In this document: positions 19,524-31,159 of the stretch, in pieces | Layout: every line of letters starts with the position of its first letter | How positions within the stretch are numbered: the first letter of the stretch is position 1 | Assembly (NCBI GenBank): GCA_963783375.1 | Contig: CAWANH010000029.1 | Location: 1,344,001 to 1,408,000, forward strand | From: Candidatus Eiseniibacteriota bacterium | Lineage (GTDB): Bacteria > Eisenbacteria > RBG-16-71-46 > JABDJR01 | Reading direction: 5' to 3' | Length of the DNA stretch: 64,000 nucleotides | The notes under the pieces: model-generated | The model's database searches: none | What the model saw: the letters and a program-made list of their open reading frames with translations, nothing else | What the model was told of the DNA's origin: nothing | Made by a program: the position numbers and the translations under genes

Positions 19524-21431
19524 TCAACCCCGCCGGGTGTGGACGGACTGCTCGATGTAGAGCTTCTCCGGGTAGGGGTCGGTCGGACCGACCCGCCGGC
19601 CCCGGATGAAGACCTCGGGGGGCGCGGCGAACCGGACCGCTTCGACGGCCACGGACGCCACCAGGACGCCTCCGGCCAGAAGCGCGGCCCAGCGCCTCGG
19701 GCGCGTGGAGCGCGCGAGCAGCCATCGGTCCACGGCCACCGCGGCCAGGACGAAGAGCGCCGGCGCCATGGTGGCCCCGATCCGCGCGTACCCGAAGAAG
19801 AAAACCACGGTGATCGCCTTGGCGGCGAGGAAGAGCACCCAGGGAACGATCGCCGCCGCGCGCCGCCCCGCGACGATCCCCGCCGCCGCCGCGGCCAGGG
19901 CCAGGATCCTCCAGACCGCGGCCGTCCCTCCCCCGCGGGGCACGGTGAGGTCCACCGGCTTTCGCGCGCCGTCCATCCCCACCGGGAACCCGTAGCCGGT
20001 GAATCCCAGGGACGCTCCGGCCCACGCCTGGTCGAGCTTCCGTCCCACCAGGTCCAGCCACTCTCCGGGGTGGCTCCGGATCCAGCGCCATCCCAAGGCG
20101 TAACCCCGGTTGATCGCCTCCAGGTGCGGGGGGTAGGCGAGGGAGAGCCGGTCGACCGGAGGAAACCCCGCGATGAGCCGCTTGGGGTAGCGGTCCGCGC
20201 CCCCGGCCAGGGGAGGCGGAGTTTCCATGACCTCCCGGGAGAACCCGCCTCCCCCCTCGGGGCGGTTGGCCAGGTAGAAGTTCAGCGGACCGTAGAGGGT
20301 GAGGAACGGCGCCGGATTGAAAGGCCGGGGGCGACAGCCGAAGGCATCGTCGAGGATCCGGAAGTCCTCGGCGCGGATCTCCTTCCCCCCGCGATAGACC
20401 ACGGTCCCGACCACGAAGGCGCTCCAGTAGTCCCGAGCGAATCCGGGGAGCTTCGCCGCCTCCGCGCGCGCCTCCGGAGTCCAGGGAAGGTCCCTCGTCG
20501 CCCCCAGCACCACCTTCGCCACCTCGTCGATCTCCGGGTCCAGCTCCACCGTCCGGGTGTTGAACCGGTGGACGGTCCGGATCACGTGCGCCTCCCAGGG
20601 GAGGACGGCGAGCGCGAAGAACGCCGCCGCGAAGGCCCCCCGGGCGGCGATCCTCGCCGCGCCCGGTCCCCGCCCTCGTTCGCTCTCGCCCCCGCGACCG
20701 CCTTCGCCCCCGCCTTCGTCCCCACGCTCGCGCTCGCGGCGCGACCAATAGACGGCCAGGAAGACACCGCAGAACAGAACGTAAAGCACGTGCTCCACCC
20801 GGAAGAGACAGGTGAGGCCCGAAAGCGCCCCCCACGCCCCCAGGGACACCGGGCCGGGTCGGCGGGCCGCTCTCTCCAGCACGGCGATTCCCAGGGCGGT
20901 GAGGACCAGGTACGGGGTCTCGTTGTTGAGGGAGGTGGAGAGCACCAGCATGGCCGCGGCCGGGACCAGGGCCGCACCGGCCAGAATCGCCGTCCGGAAC
21001 CCGAACCAGCGCCGGGCGGCCAGGAAGAAGAGCGGCGGGACCAGGGCCCCGAGTCCCACCATGGCGAGCTTCGCCCCGGTGAAGCCGGCGTCCCCTCCCG
21101 GCCAGACGAGCGCGGTGAGCCAGGCCATCCCCGGAGGGTGCATGGGGAGCCCCCACTCGAAGGGGCGGTGCTCGTGCATGGCCCGGGCGAACTCGACCCA
21201 CTTCGGTGCGTCCCCCTTGTACCAGGCGGAATAGGCCCACGCGGCGTCGGGGGTCGCCCGCCAGAAGAGGAACCGCACCAGGAACGCGGACGCGAAGAGC
21301 AACGCCGCCGCCCCGGCGATCCACCCGCGACCCCCCTCCGCCGCGCCGGATCGACCCTCACGCGCGTCCGGCGCGGGGGATCGCGCGCGGCCCCCGTTCT
21401 TCGCCGGGACCGGGGGCCGCCGTCCCCTCAT
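19524..21431 (-). CDS. Multi-TM GT-C fold (ArnT/PMT-like) glycosyltransferase
   Basis: TM helix then GDA..W, HPPG, LNNETPY and LFR motifs; many TM segments and a large extracytoplasmic loop. Confidence 0.65.
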   Translation of the reverse strand: MRGRRPPVPAKNGGRARSPAPDAREGRSGAAEGGRGWIAGAAALLFASAFLVRFLFWRATPDAAWAYSAWYKGDAPKWVEFARAMHEHRPFEWGLPMHPPGMAWLTALVWPGGDAGFTGAKLAMVGLGALVPPLFFLAARRWFGFRTAILAGAALVPAAAMLVLSTSLNNETPYLVLTALGIAVLERAARRPGPVSLGAWGALSGLTCLFRVEHVLYVLFCGVFLAVYWSRRERERGDEGGGEGGRGGESERGRGPGAARIAARGAFAAAFFALAVLPWEAHVIRTVHRFNTRTVELDPEIDEVAKVVLGATRDLPWTPEARAEAAKLPGFARDYWSAFVVGTVVYRGGKEIRAEDFRILDDAFGCRPRPFNPAPFLTLYGPLNFYLANRPEGGGGFSREVMETPPPLAGGADRYPKRLIAGFPPVDRLSLAYPPHLEAINRGYALGWRWIRSHPGEWLDLVGRKLDQAWAGASLGFTGYGFPVGMDGARKPVDLTVPRGGGTAAVWRILALAAAAAGIVAGRRAAAIVPWVLFLAAKAITVVFFFGYARIGATMAPALFVLAAVAVDRWLLARSTRPRRWAALLAGGVLVASVAVEAVRFAAPPEVFIRGRRVGPTDPYPEKLYIEQSVHTRRG

Positions 21432-23871
21432 CGATCCCGGTCCCGCCCCCGCGCCCCGTTCCGCCGGTAGGCCTGATAGGCCGACACCACCCGCTCGGCT
21501 CCGGCGCCGTCCCCGCAATCCACCCGGAGACCCGCCCCCACTCCCGCGGTTCCCTCGCCCCCGTTCAGATCGAGGGTATCGGTCGGGAAGGTGAAGCTCA
21601 CCGTGCGACTTCCGGCGGCGGTGAGTCGTACCTCGGCATTTTGGGCCGGCGCGTCGAAGAAAAACGCGCGCACCATGATGCGGACCTCTCCGGGAGCGTC
21701 CTCCGGGGTCCAGCTCAGGATGACCTTCACGGTAACGCTTCCCCCCGGGCTCACGTCGGGAGGAAAGGCATGGGAGGGAAGCTCCAGGCGAAGCTCCCCC
21801 GCCTTGCATCCGCCCGAGGCCGTGGTGCGGGTGAGGGGCACGCCGGCGGCGATGAAGCGGGCCGCGCGATGGACGGCCCCGGTGTCCGCCGCCGCTCCGG
21901 TCCCCGCCGCCTCCTCGTCCCCCGGCGCGGTGACCGTCGGAGCGGGGGGCTCTTCGTCTTCGGAGACCGGCCCGGAGACGGACGCGTAGTCCCCGGAGTC
22001 GCCCCACGCCGGGTTCCCCGCGCCGGAGTCGGGCGGAGCCAGGATCCCCGCGGTCTCGGCGGTGGGAGCCAGATCGAGCACCAGGTCCACGCCCCGCCGC
22101 TCGGGGCCGAGGACGGTGAGACGGGTCGAGGCGGCGGCGTCCAGCCGGATCGTCCTGACGGTGAGCGCCTCGTTCTGGGCCGCCTGCACGATGAGCCGAT
22201 AGGCGCCGTCGATCCCCGTGATCGACCGGGCCACGGTGCCGCGAACGGTGCCGGCGGTCACCTCGGCCCCGCGCACCGGGATGCGGGAGCCGCGGTGGTA
22301 GACGCGCCCCAACACCACGAACGGTTCGGGAGCCGGGTTGAGCTGGAAACGGCGATCGGCGAGAAGGCGGGTGGGCAGGACCCCGGTCTCGGTCACCGCC
22401 TGGTAGCCGGCGAGGCTCACCGTGCCCCGGTAGACCCGTCCCGGAGCCCCGGGGAACGCCACCCCGAAGCGGCCCCGGGCATCGGTCCGGTCCGAGGCGG
22501 GTTCCCCCCCGCGGCGAAGGTGACCGAAGCTCCGCTCAGGGGACCCCTGGTGCGGGCGTCCATCACCCATCCCGCCACGTAGGCGTGGTTCTCGTGAAGC
22601 GCGGCCAGGCTCTCGGCGCGGGCGGCGAAACCGGGATCGAGCAGGGCGCGGGCGCGGAAGGTTGCGGGGGGAAGGTTCAAGGCCTCGGCCAGGGGGCGCG
22701 CGCACCCGAGGGCGGCGAAGAGCGCCCGGTCCCGCGCCCCCCATCGCCGGAGTCGGGCCTGGAGGGTATCGGCCCGGACCGACGCTTCGGGGCCCACCCT
22801 CCCGGCGTCCCCGGCGAACGCCGCCGCGTCGCCGGGGGGAGACGGAACGAGGAGCCGGCGGTAGCGCCGGACCGTCTCCGCCCGGTCGCGGGGGACCAGG
22901 AATCCCTCGCGAGTGGCGGGATCGAACAGGAACACGTCGGCCGCGGACTCCCAAGCCGGGGCTTCGATCCGTGGGTACGCGGAGGCGAAGAGGAAGTCGC
23001 GGCAGTCGGCCAATCCCTCACGCCCGGCGGCGGCCCGAAGAAAGGCGCGGCGGGCGCCGTCCCAGCGGCCGGGGTCGCCGCAGAGGGGCTCGCGGGGAAA
23101 TCGAGCCGAGGCCTCGACCAAGCGCTCACCGGCGGCGGCGTAGAGCGCGGCCGCCTCGTCCCAGGTCTCGCCCCAGAGCACCAGGGCGGCGGAGCGCGGA
23201 AGGGCCTCCCGGACCGGGTCGAGCCGTCGCCGGCCGATGCGGAAGAGCTCCGCCGGGCGCCGGATGACCGCGGGGAGTTCGCCGTCGGGGGCGGCGGGAT
23301 CAAGGCCGCGGGCCAGGTCCGCCAGGTCGCCCGCGTCGGGGGCGGTCTTCTGGAGCGCCTCCAGCCCGGCAGCCAGCGCGGCCACGGTGTCGGGGAAGCC
23401 GTTCGATTCGAGACGGTCGAGGGCGCGGACGAACGCGCCCAGCCGGTCCGCGGCGCCGTCCTCGTCCCATCCGAGGGCCCGCCGCGCGTCGGCCAGCCGG
23501 CGGGTGGAGTCGGGGTCGGCGGCGATCGACCGGTAGGTTTCGTACTCGGTCCGGAACACGGTGAGCTTACGGGCGGTCCGGTCAAGGGCCCGGGTCCAGG
23601 CCGCCCAGTCGGAGCGGGTCGCATCCATGGCCCGGTGCCAGGCGTCCAGATCGGCGGCGGCGGAGTCGGTGGCGGACCGGGCCGGCGATGCCGCGGGCGT
23701 CCCCGCCGGCGAGGCGGAGTCGACGGAGGCGGACGGCCGGGGCGCGGACGGACCCCCCGACGTCGCCTCGGCCGCGCCGGCCAGGGCCGCCCCGATGAGG
23801 ACCGCGATCATCGTCGCCCGCAACCGGAACCACCTCCTTCGCCCCGCGCTCCGGGAGGGGGCGCGAGGCAT
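21428..23871 (-). CDS. Secreted hypothetical protein with two carboxypeptidase-regulatory-like beta-sandwiches; apparent frameshift at the C7 run near 22505
   Basis: Signal-like N-terminus and helical region; GWVMDARTRGPLSGASV continues in another frame as TDARGRF...GRVYHRGSRIPVRGAEV...TGIDGAY; ATGA overlap with the downstream gene. Confidence 0.6.
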
Positions 23872-24068
23872 GACGTCCACGAGCCCGCCCCTTCGGGGCG
23901 GAACCAGGAGACCACGACTCCGCGGGGGGGGGAAAGGGAAAAGAGCCGGGCGGAGGCGAGGGTGCTTTGCGTGTTGCCCCGGCGTTTCCCGCACTGCAGT
24001 ATGGAGGGCGGCCCCCCCCGCGGACCGCCGGCCCGCGCTCTTATCCCCCAACCGAGGAGGCATCCCCG

Positions 24069-24770
24069 TTGTCCTATCACATGGATCGTATCTCGAGCCC
24101 GTGGGCCGGGTTCCCGGCCCACGCATTTCTGGCCGCCACGTTCCTGGCCGTCTCCCTGGTCTGGCTCCCCGGCGCCGCGCAGGCCGCCGCCGTATCCGCG
24201 GAATTCAATCCCTCCTCCGGGAACTCCAGCTACGGGGGTTTCGGGAAGGACGGCTCGATCGACAGCCGGGCGCAGATCTTCCTGGCCACGGTCGGAGGCC
24301 GGGTGGACAGCGTGTCGCTCCGGGTGTCCCGCGACGTGGAGAACGCCGGCGACCTGGTGATCGCGATCGCCGAGGCGGACACCGGCGGGCTTCCCACCGG
24401 CGATCCTCTCGGGAGCATCACCGTCCCCGAGGCGGAGGTCCAGCTCAACACCTACGCCCTCCAGACCTTCTCCTTCGGGGACACCGGCCCGCTGCTGGTG
24501 GCGGGACGGAAATACGCCATCGTGGTCACCCCGGTCACCCTGAACCCCGACACCTCGCCGTTCGGCCTGAACGGGGCGAACCACGAGAGCGTCGACTACC
24601 CGGACGGGAACTCGGCCTACCGGCTCGGGGCCGGCGCGGCCTGGAACTACACCGACATCACCAACTACGTCTTCCGGGTCGTCGTGGACGAGACCACCCC
24701 GGTGGAGCGGACGAGCTGGGGCGGGGTGAAGCGGCGCTTCGGCGGAACTCCCGGGTCCCCTGCTCCCTGA
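24069..24770 (+). CDS. Secreted beta-rich protein with C-terminal TPVERTSWGGVKRRF tail
   Basis: GAGGAGG RBS then TTG (alternative ATG at 24081); signal ending AQA-A; domain resembles choice-of-anchor-R-like modules (AQxF...GxKYAIVV). Confidence 0.8.
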   Translation: MSYHMDRISSPWAGFPAHAFLAATFLAVSLVWLPGAAQAAAVSAEFNPSSGNSSYGGFGKDGSIDSRAQIFLATVGGRVDSVSLRVSRDVENAGDLVIAIAEADTGGLPTGDPLGSITVPEAEVQLNTYALQTFSFGDTGPLLVAGRKYAIVVTPVTLNPDTSPFGLNGANHESVDYPDGNSAYRLGAGAAWNYTDITNYVFRVVVDETTPVERTSWGGVKRRFGGTPGSPAP

Positions 24771-24922
24771 TCCGAGCCCTCGGAGGGGCGGACACCGGGA
24801 GCCGGGCGGGCGATGCCACCGACGGTCGGCTGCCGGCCACCGATGCCGATGGGCCCGGACCGGCCCCGGCCCGGGAGCGGCGAGCCCCCGGGCCGGCACG
24901 GATCGCGGAAAGACCGCCCCGA

Positions 24923-25531
24923 TCACATGGTCCGGGTGTAGGCGATCTCCATCATCTTGAATTCCTTGCCGTCGGGCCCCTTGTCGTACATCACGAACGT
25001 GTGATGGTCCTTGTCGGTCCAGGTGTCCACCACCCGGTAGGTGCGGTTCTTACCGCTGATCGGGTCCGGGCTCTCCGCGGTGAAGGTGTACACCTTCCCC
25101 GCCTCGTCGGCGGTGCCCCGCGAGATCATGAACCCGGTGCCCATGTTGTCCCACCACACGTTTTGGTACTGCTGGTTCAGATTGTCGTAGCCGGTGATGC
25201 TCATGCCGTTGAAGGGCTGGCCCATGTAATCGCCGTGGGTGCTCTCCGTCAGGTACCGCCCGCCCAGGACCATCTCCCGCTCGGACGTGCCGCTCGATTC
25301 CACCGGCGGCGCGCCCGGGGCCATCCACATCGTGTTGGTGAAGGTCCACTTCCCGGCCGACTCGGCCAGCAACTTGTGGGGCGCTCCGGGGGTGGCGAAG
25401 GCCATCCACTTCTGCATGGCCTCCTGCTCTTCCGGGGACATCTTCTGCTGCTCCTGGGCCAGGGCGCCGGAGGCGAAAGCCAGGGCCGCGGCCAAGGCGA
25501 GCAATCCGATCAGATACCGCCGTGCCTTCAT
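24923..25531 (-). CDS. DUF1579 family exported protein
   Basis: ATPGAPH..L...AGKW, LGGRYL, GYDN...WWDNMGTG and MEIAYTR. Confidence 0.85.
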   Translation of the reverse strand: MKARRYLIGLLALAAALAFASGALAQEQQKMSPEEQEAMQKWMAFATPGAPHKLLAESAGKWTFTNTMWMAPGAPPVESSGTSEREMVLGGRYLTESTHGDYMGQPFNGMSITGYDNLNQQYQNVWWDNMGTGFMISRGTADEAGKVYTFTAESPDPISGKNRTYRVVDTWTDKDHHTFVMYDKGPDGKEFKMMEIAYTRTM

Positions 25532-25714
25532 GAGATTCGATCTCCTTTCGGGACGTTGCGCGGGGGGGTTCGGGTGAAGTCTGGCTCGGTCCTCCGGGCG
25601 GATCGCGCCGGGGACCGAGGTGCGGGAGAGGCTATCAGATACGAAGAAAAAGGCAAATACCATGAATCCCGGCCCCATCCAGGGCCGGGATCCAACAAAA
25701 CGGCCGCCCGCCGG

Positions 25715-27293
25715 CTAGTCCCCGAACTTGATCCCCTGGGCCAGGGGCAGCTCGGTGCTCCAGTTCACGGTGTTGGTCTGGCGGCGCATGTAGGCCTTCC
25801 AGGCGTCGGAGCCCGACTCGCGCCCGCCGCCGGTCTCCTTCTCGCCGCCGAAGGCGCCGCCGATCTCCGCCCCGCTGGTCCCGATGTTGACGTTGGCGAT
25901 CCCGCAGTCGCTCCCGCGATGGGAGAGGAAGTACTCCGCCTCGCGGACGCTGTCGGTGAAGATGGCCGAGGAGAGCCCCTGGGGCACGTCGTTGTGGATG
26001 CGGAGGGCGTCGGCGATCTCCTCCACCGCCTTCCGGCCGGTCCGAGTCCTTCTTCCCGTACCCGATGATGTAGAGAATGGGGGCGAAGGTCTCCTCCTGG
26101 ACGATGGCGTACTCGTTCTTGACCGAGGCGATGCACGGCTTCACGTAGTGGCCGCCGGGGTAGCCGGGGCCGTCGAGCTTCTCGCCGCCGTAGAGGATCT
26201 TTCCGCCTTCCTCCTTCACCCGCTGGATCGCCTTCTGGAGATCGTTCACCGCGTCGTGGGTGACCAGCGGCCCCATCAGGGTCCCGGCCTCCCGTGGATC
26301 GCCGATCGGGATCCCCTGGTAGGCCTTGACCAGCCGGGTCTCCAGCTCCTCGCGGATCGACTCGTGGACGAGAATTCGCCGGGTGCTGGTGCAGCGCTGG
26401 CCCGCGGTGCCCACCGCGCCGAAGAGGATCGCCGGGAGCGCCAGTTCCAGGTTGGCGCTGGGGGTCACGATGATGGCGTTGTTCCCGCCCAGCTCCAGGA
26501 TGGTCCGCCCCAGACGCTCTCCCACCACCGAACCCACCCGGTAGCCCATCCGACAGCTGCCGGTGGCCGAGATGAGCGGCACCCGCTTGTCGTGGAGCAT
26601 GCGGTCGCCGACCGTCGATCCCTTACCGATGGTGAGCGAGAAAACCGCGGGATCGACCCCGTTCTCCTTGCACACCTGCTCGGCGATCCGGGTGCAGGCG
26701 ATGGCGGTGAGCGGCGTCTTCGACGCCGGCTTCCACACCACGCTGTCGCCGCACACCGCGGCCAGGGCGGTGTTCCAGCTCCACACCGCCACCGGGAAGT
26801 TGAAGGCGCTGATCACCCCCACCACCCCCAGCGGGTGCCACTGCTCGAACATCCGGTGGTCCGGGCGCTCGGACGGCATGGTGAGGCCGTAGAGCTGCCG
26901 GGAGAGGCCGACCGCGAAGTCGCAGATGTCGATCATCTCCTGGACCTCGCCCTTTCCCTCGGGGAGGATCTTTCCCATCTCCAACGTCACCAGCGCGGCC
27001 AGATCGTCCTTCATCTCCCGGAGCCGGTTCCCCAGCTGGCGCACCACCTCGCCCCGCTTGGGACCGGGGACCTTCCGCCACTCCAGGAACGCCCGATGGG
27101 CGCGTTCCACGATCCGGTCGTACTCCTCCTCGGTCACCTGCTCGACCACGGCGATCCGGGAGCCGTCGATGGGGGTGATCACCTCGAGTTCCGGGCCCGA
27201 TCCCATCCACTCCCCACAAAACCCGCCCGGGTTCTTCTCGCCGATCCCCAGCTTCTTCAGAAATTCATGCGTCGCGGTCGTCGTCGTTGCCAT
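25715..27293 (-). CDS. Aldehyde dehydrogenase (ALDH7/antiquitin-like), apparent indel near 26035
   Basis: [27 protein letters not shown] and EETFAPIL; the C-terminal [22 protein letters not shown] is in a shifted frame. Confidence 0.9.
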
Positions 27294-27533
27294 TGTTCCA
27301 CCCATGATCGTGCCGGTGCGTTCAGGCGCGCCCCTTGCGCGCCCTGAACGGCCCGGACTCGTGATTGAAAAGCCGGTGTGCGCGGGGTCCAAGGCCTCGC
27401 CGCCGGCCCCCGCCGTTCCTGAACCGGAAAGCTTACCACGGGGTCGGAAGGCGGGGCAGGCCGCGGACGGGGACGGGCGCGCCGGCCGCGGAACCCGGGT
27501 TGGAGGACGGGCGGCGGGCGGGGACGGGAGCGG

Positions 27534-28844
27534 CTACTTCAGCGCCAGCCGCATCACCCGCGGGTCGAGGAACTTCGCGTCCTCGGGGAGCGAGCCGTCC
27601 TTGGCGAACTTGCTCCACTGGCTGTCGGCCACGTAGATGAACGCGCTCCCCCGCACCTGACCCAGGGTCGGCTCGTCCCAGTCCGGGAGCGCGGCGGCCA
27701 GGACCGTCACCGAACGGACCCGGGTCCGGTCGTCGTTCAGGGCCACCTCCACGATCCGGTGGGGGCGGATGCCGTTCTGGACCGCGATCAGCCGTCCCCG
27801 GTGGATGTCGAGCCCGTCGACTCCAAGGAGGGTGGCGTTGGGGGGGCAGTCCAGGAGGAGCACGTCCCTGGATCGCATGTCGATCCGGAAGATGCCGTTT
27901 CCGTAGTCGGCGGCGAAGAGATAGCGTCCGTCCGCCGACACGCAAAGACCCTGGAGGGAACCGAAGACCGGGTCGCCCTTGAAGATCTCCAGGGTGTCGG
28001 CCCCGGCCCGGTGCACGTAGATCTCGCCCCGCACGCTGTCGGTGAGGTAGACCGCGCCCCGGGGGCCGAGACAGAGATCGCCGAACCAGTAGGGCTTCTC
28101 GCTCGCCGGGGGAACGAACCGCCCGGTCACCTTTCCCGAGGCCGGATCGAAGGCCACCAGCGCCGCCTTCCCCATCTCCGCCTCGGTCGTCCCTTCCCCG
28201 TTCACGCACGCGGTGGTGGTCACCCAGAGAACGTTTCGCGCGGGATCGACGCGCATGCCCATGACCGACCAGAGCCCGTCCTCGCGGTCGGCAAAGGGCT
28301 CGGCCTTCCCGTCCCGCACCCGGACGATGGTCCGCCGGTGCACGCTCCCCAGGAAGTACGCGCCCGACGCCGGGTCGTAGGTCACCCCTTCGGGGATGAA
28401 GCCGGTCGCGGGGACGGTGAACACGGTCGCGCCGTCGCCGTGGGGCTTCCCGTTCCCCTGGAGCTGCTTGGTCGCCTCCACGAACTGCGGGTCCATGAGG
28501 AGGGAGGCGAAGTCGGGGTCGGCCACCGGGTCCACGTAGACCCCCATCTCGATCAGGCGGCCGAGCGCGCCCAGCGAGGCCTCGGCCTGGCCGTTCAGCG
28601 CGTAGGCCGCGGCGAGGTTGTAGACCAGGGTGGGATGGTTCGGCCTGAGATCCGACGCCTCCTTGAAGAACCGGGCCGAAGCCGGGTAGTCGTGGCGGTC
28701 GTGGGCGGCCAGGCCCTGGCGGGCCAGGTCCCGGGACTGCTGGACGGGGTCCTTCTCCCGGGTCACGGTCTGGGCCGGGGCCCGAGAAACCGCCAGGACT
28801 CCCGCGGCCAGGATAGGCACGAGACAGGCGACGATTCGTTTCAT
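27534..28844 (-). CDS. Exported TPR + SMP-30/gluconolactonase-like beta-propeller protein
   Basis: Signal peptide; YNLAAAYALNG TPR; PEGVTYD, VYLTDS and GVDGL blades. Confidence 0.8.
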   Translation of the reverse strand: MKRIVACLVPILAAGVLAVSRAPAQTVTREKDPVQQSRDLARQGLAAHDRHDYPASARFFKEASDLRPNHPTLVYNLAAAYALNGQAEASLGALGRLIEMGVYVDPVADPDFASLLMDPQFVEATKQLQGNGKPHGDGATVFTVPATGFIPEGVTYDPASGAYFLGSVHRRTIVRVRDGKAEPFADREDGLWSVMGMRVDPARNVLWVTTTACVNGEGTTEAEMGKAALVAFDPASGKVTGRFVPPASEKPYWFGDLCLGPRGAVYLTDSVRGEIYVHRAGADTLEIFKGDPVFGSLQGLCVSADGRYLFAADYGNGIFRIDMRSRDVLLLDCPPNATLLGVDGLDIHRGRLIAVQNGIRPHRIVEVALNDDRTRVRSVTVLAAALPDWDEPTLGQVRGSAFIYVADSQWSKFAKDGSLPEDAKFLDPRVMRLALK

Positions 28845-28970
28845 GGCCCCCCCTTCCGAATGTGACGACGGGCTCGGGAAACTCCGGGGATCACGGGGAT
28901 GATAGCAGCCCGGGCGGCGCGTCGCCGGGGGCGGGCGGGCGCTTCCTACCGGTGGACTACCCCCGTGCGC

Positions 28971-29819
28971 TCACCGCCCGACCGAAGCCACCGACGCCGC
29001 CCCCGCCGGGCGGGCAAAGGTGAGGGGTCCGTAGACCGCGGATGCCTCGGAGCGGGTGTTGTCGCTGTCCGTGTAGACCCCCACCGCCTTGACCGGGTCG
29101 GCCTCGCCGCCGAACACCCGCCGGTAGTCGGCGGCCAGATCGCGATCCTCGACTCTCCATCCCGCGGCCTCCCCGGATCGAACCACCAGGATCCGGATCT
29201 CCCCGGAGAAGGTGCTCTTCATGATCGTCTCGGCGGGAACGTCGCGGCTCCAGACGTACATGATCGCCCGGAGCTTCCAGGGAAGGATGGATTTCCGGTA
29301 GAGCACCACCACCGCGGCGGCGCGGTCGTCGGCTTCCTTCCGGCGGAGGTCGGCGCCCCGGGGAAACGTGTTCACCTGCCAGGACCAGGTGAGGTGAAGG
29401 GCGTCGGTGGGAATCGGGGCGATCTCGCGATAGAGGATCGAGCCGTCGGCGCGGGAGTCGGCGGCCAGGCAGGCCTTCCGTCCCATCTCGACCACCCGGT
29501 AGCGGGTGTGGCCGTGAATGACGTGTTCCTTCCAGCCCGCGTCCGGTTCGCGACCGCGAGCCGAAGCGAGGGAGACCGGAGCGCGACTCCACTCGAGAAC
29601 CCGGAGCGGGGTCAGGCGCCGCGCACAGGGGAGAGGCCCGGCGCCCACGCCGGCCGGCGCCGGGCCGGGTGAACGGGGGGAAGCGCAATCGGCCGTCCGG
29701 TAGCCCGCCCCGGCGGGCGGATCGCCCGGTGGCCGGGTCTGGGCCCGGGAGGAGGAGGCGCCGGGGGTGAGGAGCAGGGCGGCGAGGACAGCGGAGAAGG
29801 CGAGGGAGTCGGATTTCAT
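28971..29819 (-). CDS. DUF3047 family protein
   Basis: LTWSWQV, DDRAA, YVWS, RDLAADYRRVFG and TDSDNT. Confidence 0.8.
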   Translation of the reverse strand: MKSDSLAFSAVLAALLLTPGASSSRAQTRPPGDPPAGAGYRTADCASPRSPGPAPAGVGAGPLPCARRLTPLRVLEWSRAPVSLASARGREPDAGWKEHVIHGHTRYRVVEMGRKACLAADSRADGSILYREIAPIPTDALHLTWSWQVNTFPRGADLRRKEADDRAAAVVVLYRKSILPWKLRAIMYVWSRDVPAETIMKSTFSGEIRILVVRSGEAAGWRVEDRDLAADYRRVFGGEADPVKAVGVYTDSDNTRSEASAVYGPLTFARPAGAASVASVGR

Positions 29820-30120
29820 GCGGCGTCTCCAGCCCAGGTGAGTGCCTGCGCACGACCCGGGACGGGACGCGCGGCGCGACCGACGTATCGCCGGGCCGGC
29901 ACCGCGCCGCGGTCCGACTGAGGGGTTCGGAGATGAACGCCGATGGGGCTTATACCCGACCGCTACGGTCGGAGTTCCCGGAACCGCCCGGTGGGTCACC
30001 CGGACGAGGCTCCGGGCCGTCCGGCGCCCCTCCCCCGGACACCGGCCACGGAGGCGTGGAGGCCGGCGCGACCGGGTCACGAACCCGCTGCGGCGGCGGA
30101 CATCCGACCGTCGAGTCGGG

Positions 30121-30906
30121 CTAGTCCCGGCCGGGAAGACCCAGCAGCGTTTTGCCGTCCGCGAGTCGAAGCGGATGCTGGAATGAATCCAGGAGGAAGC
30201 GCCGCGCGCCGGAGCAGGCGGCCACGACCGCGTCACCGTGGGCGACCCGGGTGGCGACGGCCGCGGAGAGGATGCAGCCGCTTCCGTGGCTGGACACCTC
30301 GCGCATCCGCTCGGCCGGCCAGCAATGGAGATCCCCCCCGGTCCAGAGAAAGTCCACCGGGTCCCCGGGAAGATGACCGCCCTTCAGGAAGATCGAGGTG
30401 GAGAACATCCGCCCGAGCTCTTCCGCGGCCTCGGCCATGGCCTTCTCGGAGTCCACCTTCCGGCCGAGGAGCACCCCCGCTTCGTCCAGGTTCGGGGTGA
30501 TCATGTCGGCAAGGGGAAGGAGCCTCTCCAGGTAGGCGATCTCGGCCTCGTCCTCCAGGAGCCTCGCCCCGTTCGCCGCCACCATGACCGGATCCACCAC
30601 GAGGAACGGGCAATCGGCCGAGTCCGTGACCTCGGCGACCGTCTCGATGATTTCCCGCGAGAAGAGCATGCCCGTCTTGATCGCGGCCACCGGAAACCCG
30701 TCGAGAACCGCGGCGAGCTGCGCGCGTACCGCCGACGCGGGGATCGGGGTCACCGAGGACACCGCCTCGAGGTTCTGGGCGGTGACGCAGGTCACGACCG
30801 AGGTCCCGAAGCCGCCCAGAGCGGTGATGGTGCGAAGATCGGCCTGAAGACCGGCCCCGCCTCCGGAGTCCGAACCGGCGATGGTGAGAACCGTGGGTCG
30901 CAACAT
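30121..30906 (-). CDS. thiD: Hydroxymethylpyrimidine/phosphomethylpyrimidine kinase
   Basis: LTIAGSDSGGGAGLQAD, TAQN, KTGML, DPVMVA, TPNLDEA and HGSGC. Confidence 0.93.
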   Translation of the reverse strand: MLRPTVLTIAGSDSGGGAGLQADLRTITALGGFGTSVVTCVTAQNLEAVSSVTPIPASAVRAQLAAVLDGFPVAAIKTGMLFSREIIETVAEVTDSADCPFLVVDPVMVAANGARLLEDEAEIAYLERLLPLADMITPNLDEAGVLLGRKVDSEKAMAEAAEELGRMFSTSIFLKGGHLPGDPVDFLWTGGDLHCWPAERMREVSSHGSGCILSAAVATRVAHGDAVVAACSGARRFLLDSFQHPLRLADGKTLLGLPGRD

Positions 30907-31065
30907 GGCGGATGTCCTCCCGAAGAAATTTCTCTCCCCCAACCCGTGAGGAGCATTGTGCCATGTCCGGCGCACCGGCGTGCCGGCATATTCCGGCGAT
31001 TCGGAATATTTGCGCGCGTGAGGACCGGCGTCGAGGAGGATTGGATCCGCGTGGAGCTCGAATCG

Positions 31066-31106
31066 AAAAACCGCTCCACCGACCCGAATTGAAACAGGTC
31101 GGAGCG
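31066..31106 (-). terminator. Intrinsic terminator after iscA-ygfZ
   Basis: Minus-strand stem CGCTCC-GACC...GGTC-GGAGCG followed by GTTTTT. Confidence 0.6.
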
Positions 31107-31159
31107 CGAAACACCTCAGATAGGACTCAATGGATGCGGGCCCGAGGAGGACCGTGCGG

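Noticed and set aside
27319-27350. Hairpin upstream of ALDH as a terminator
   Set aside because: It has no T-tract on either strand, so its function cannot be supported.
29820-31159. TPP riboswitch near thiD
   Set aside because: Hairpins are present, but the CTGAGA and downstream conserved TPP elements are not found in the proper arrangement on either strand.
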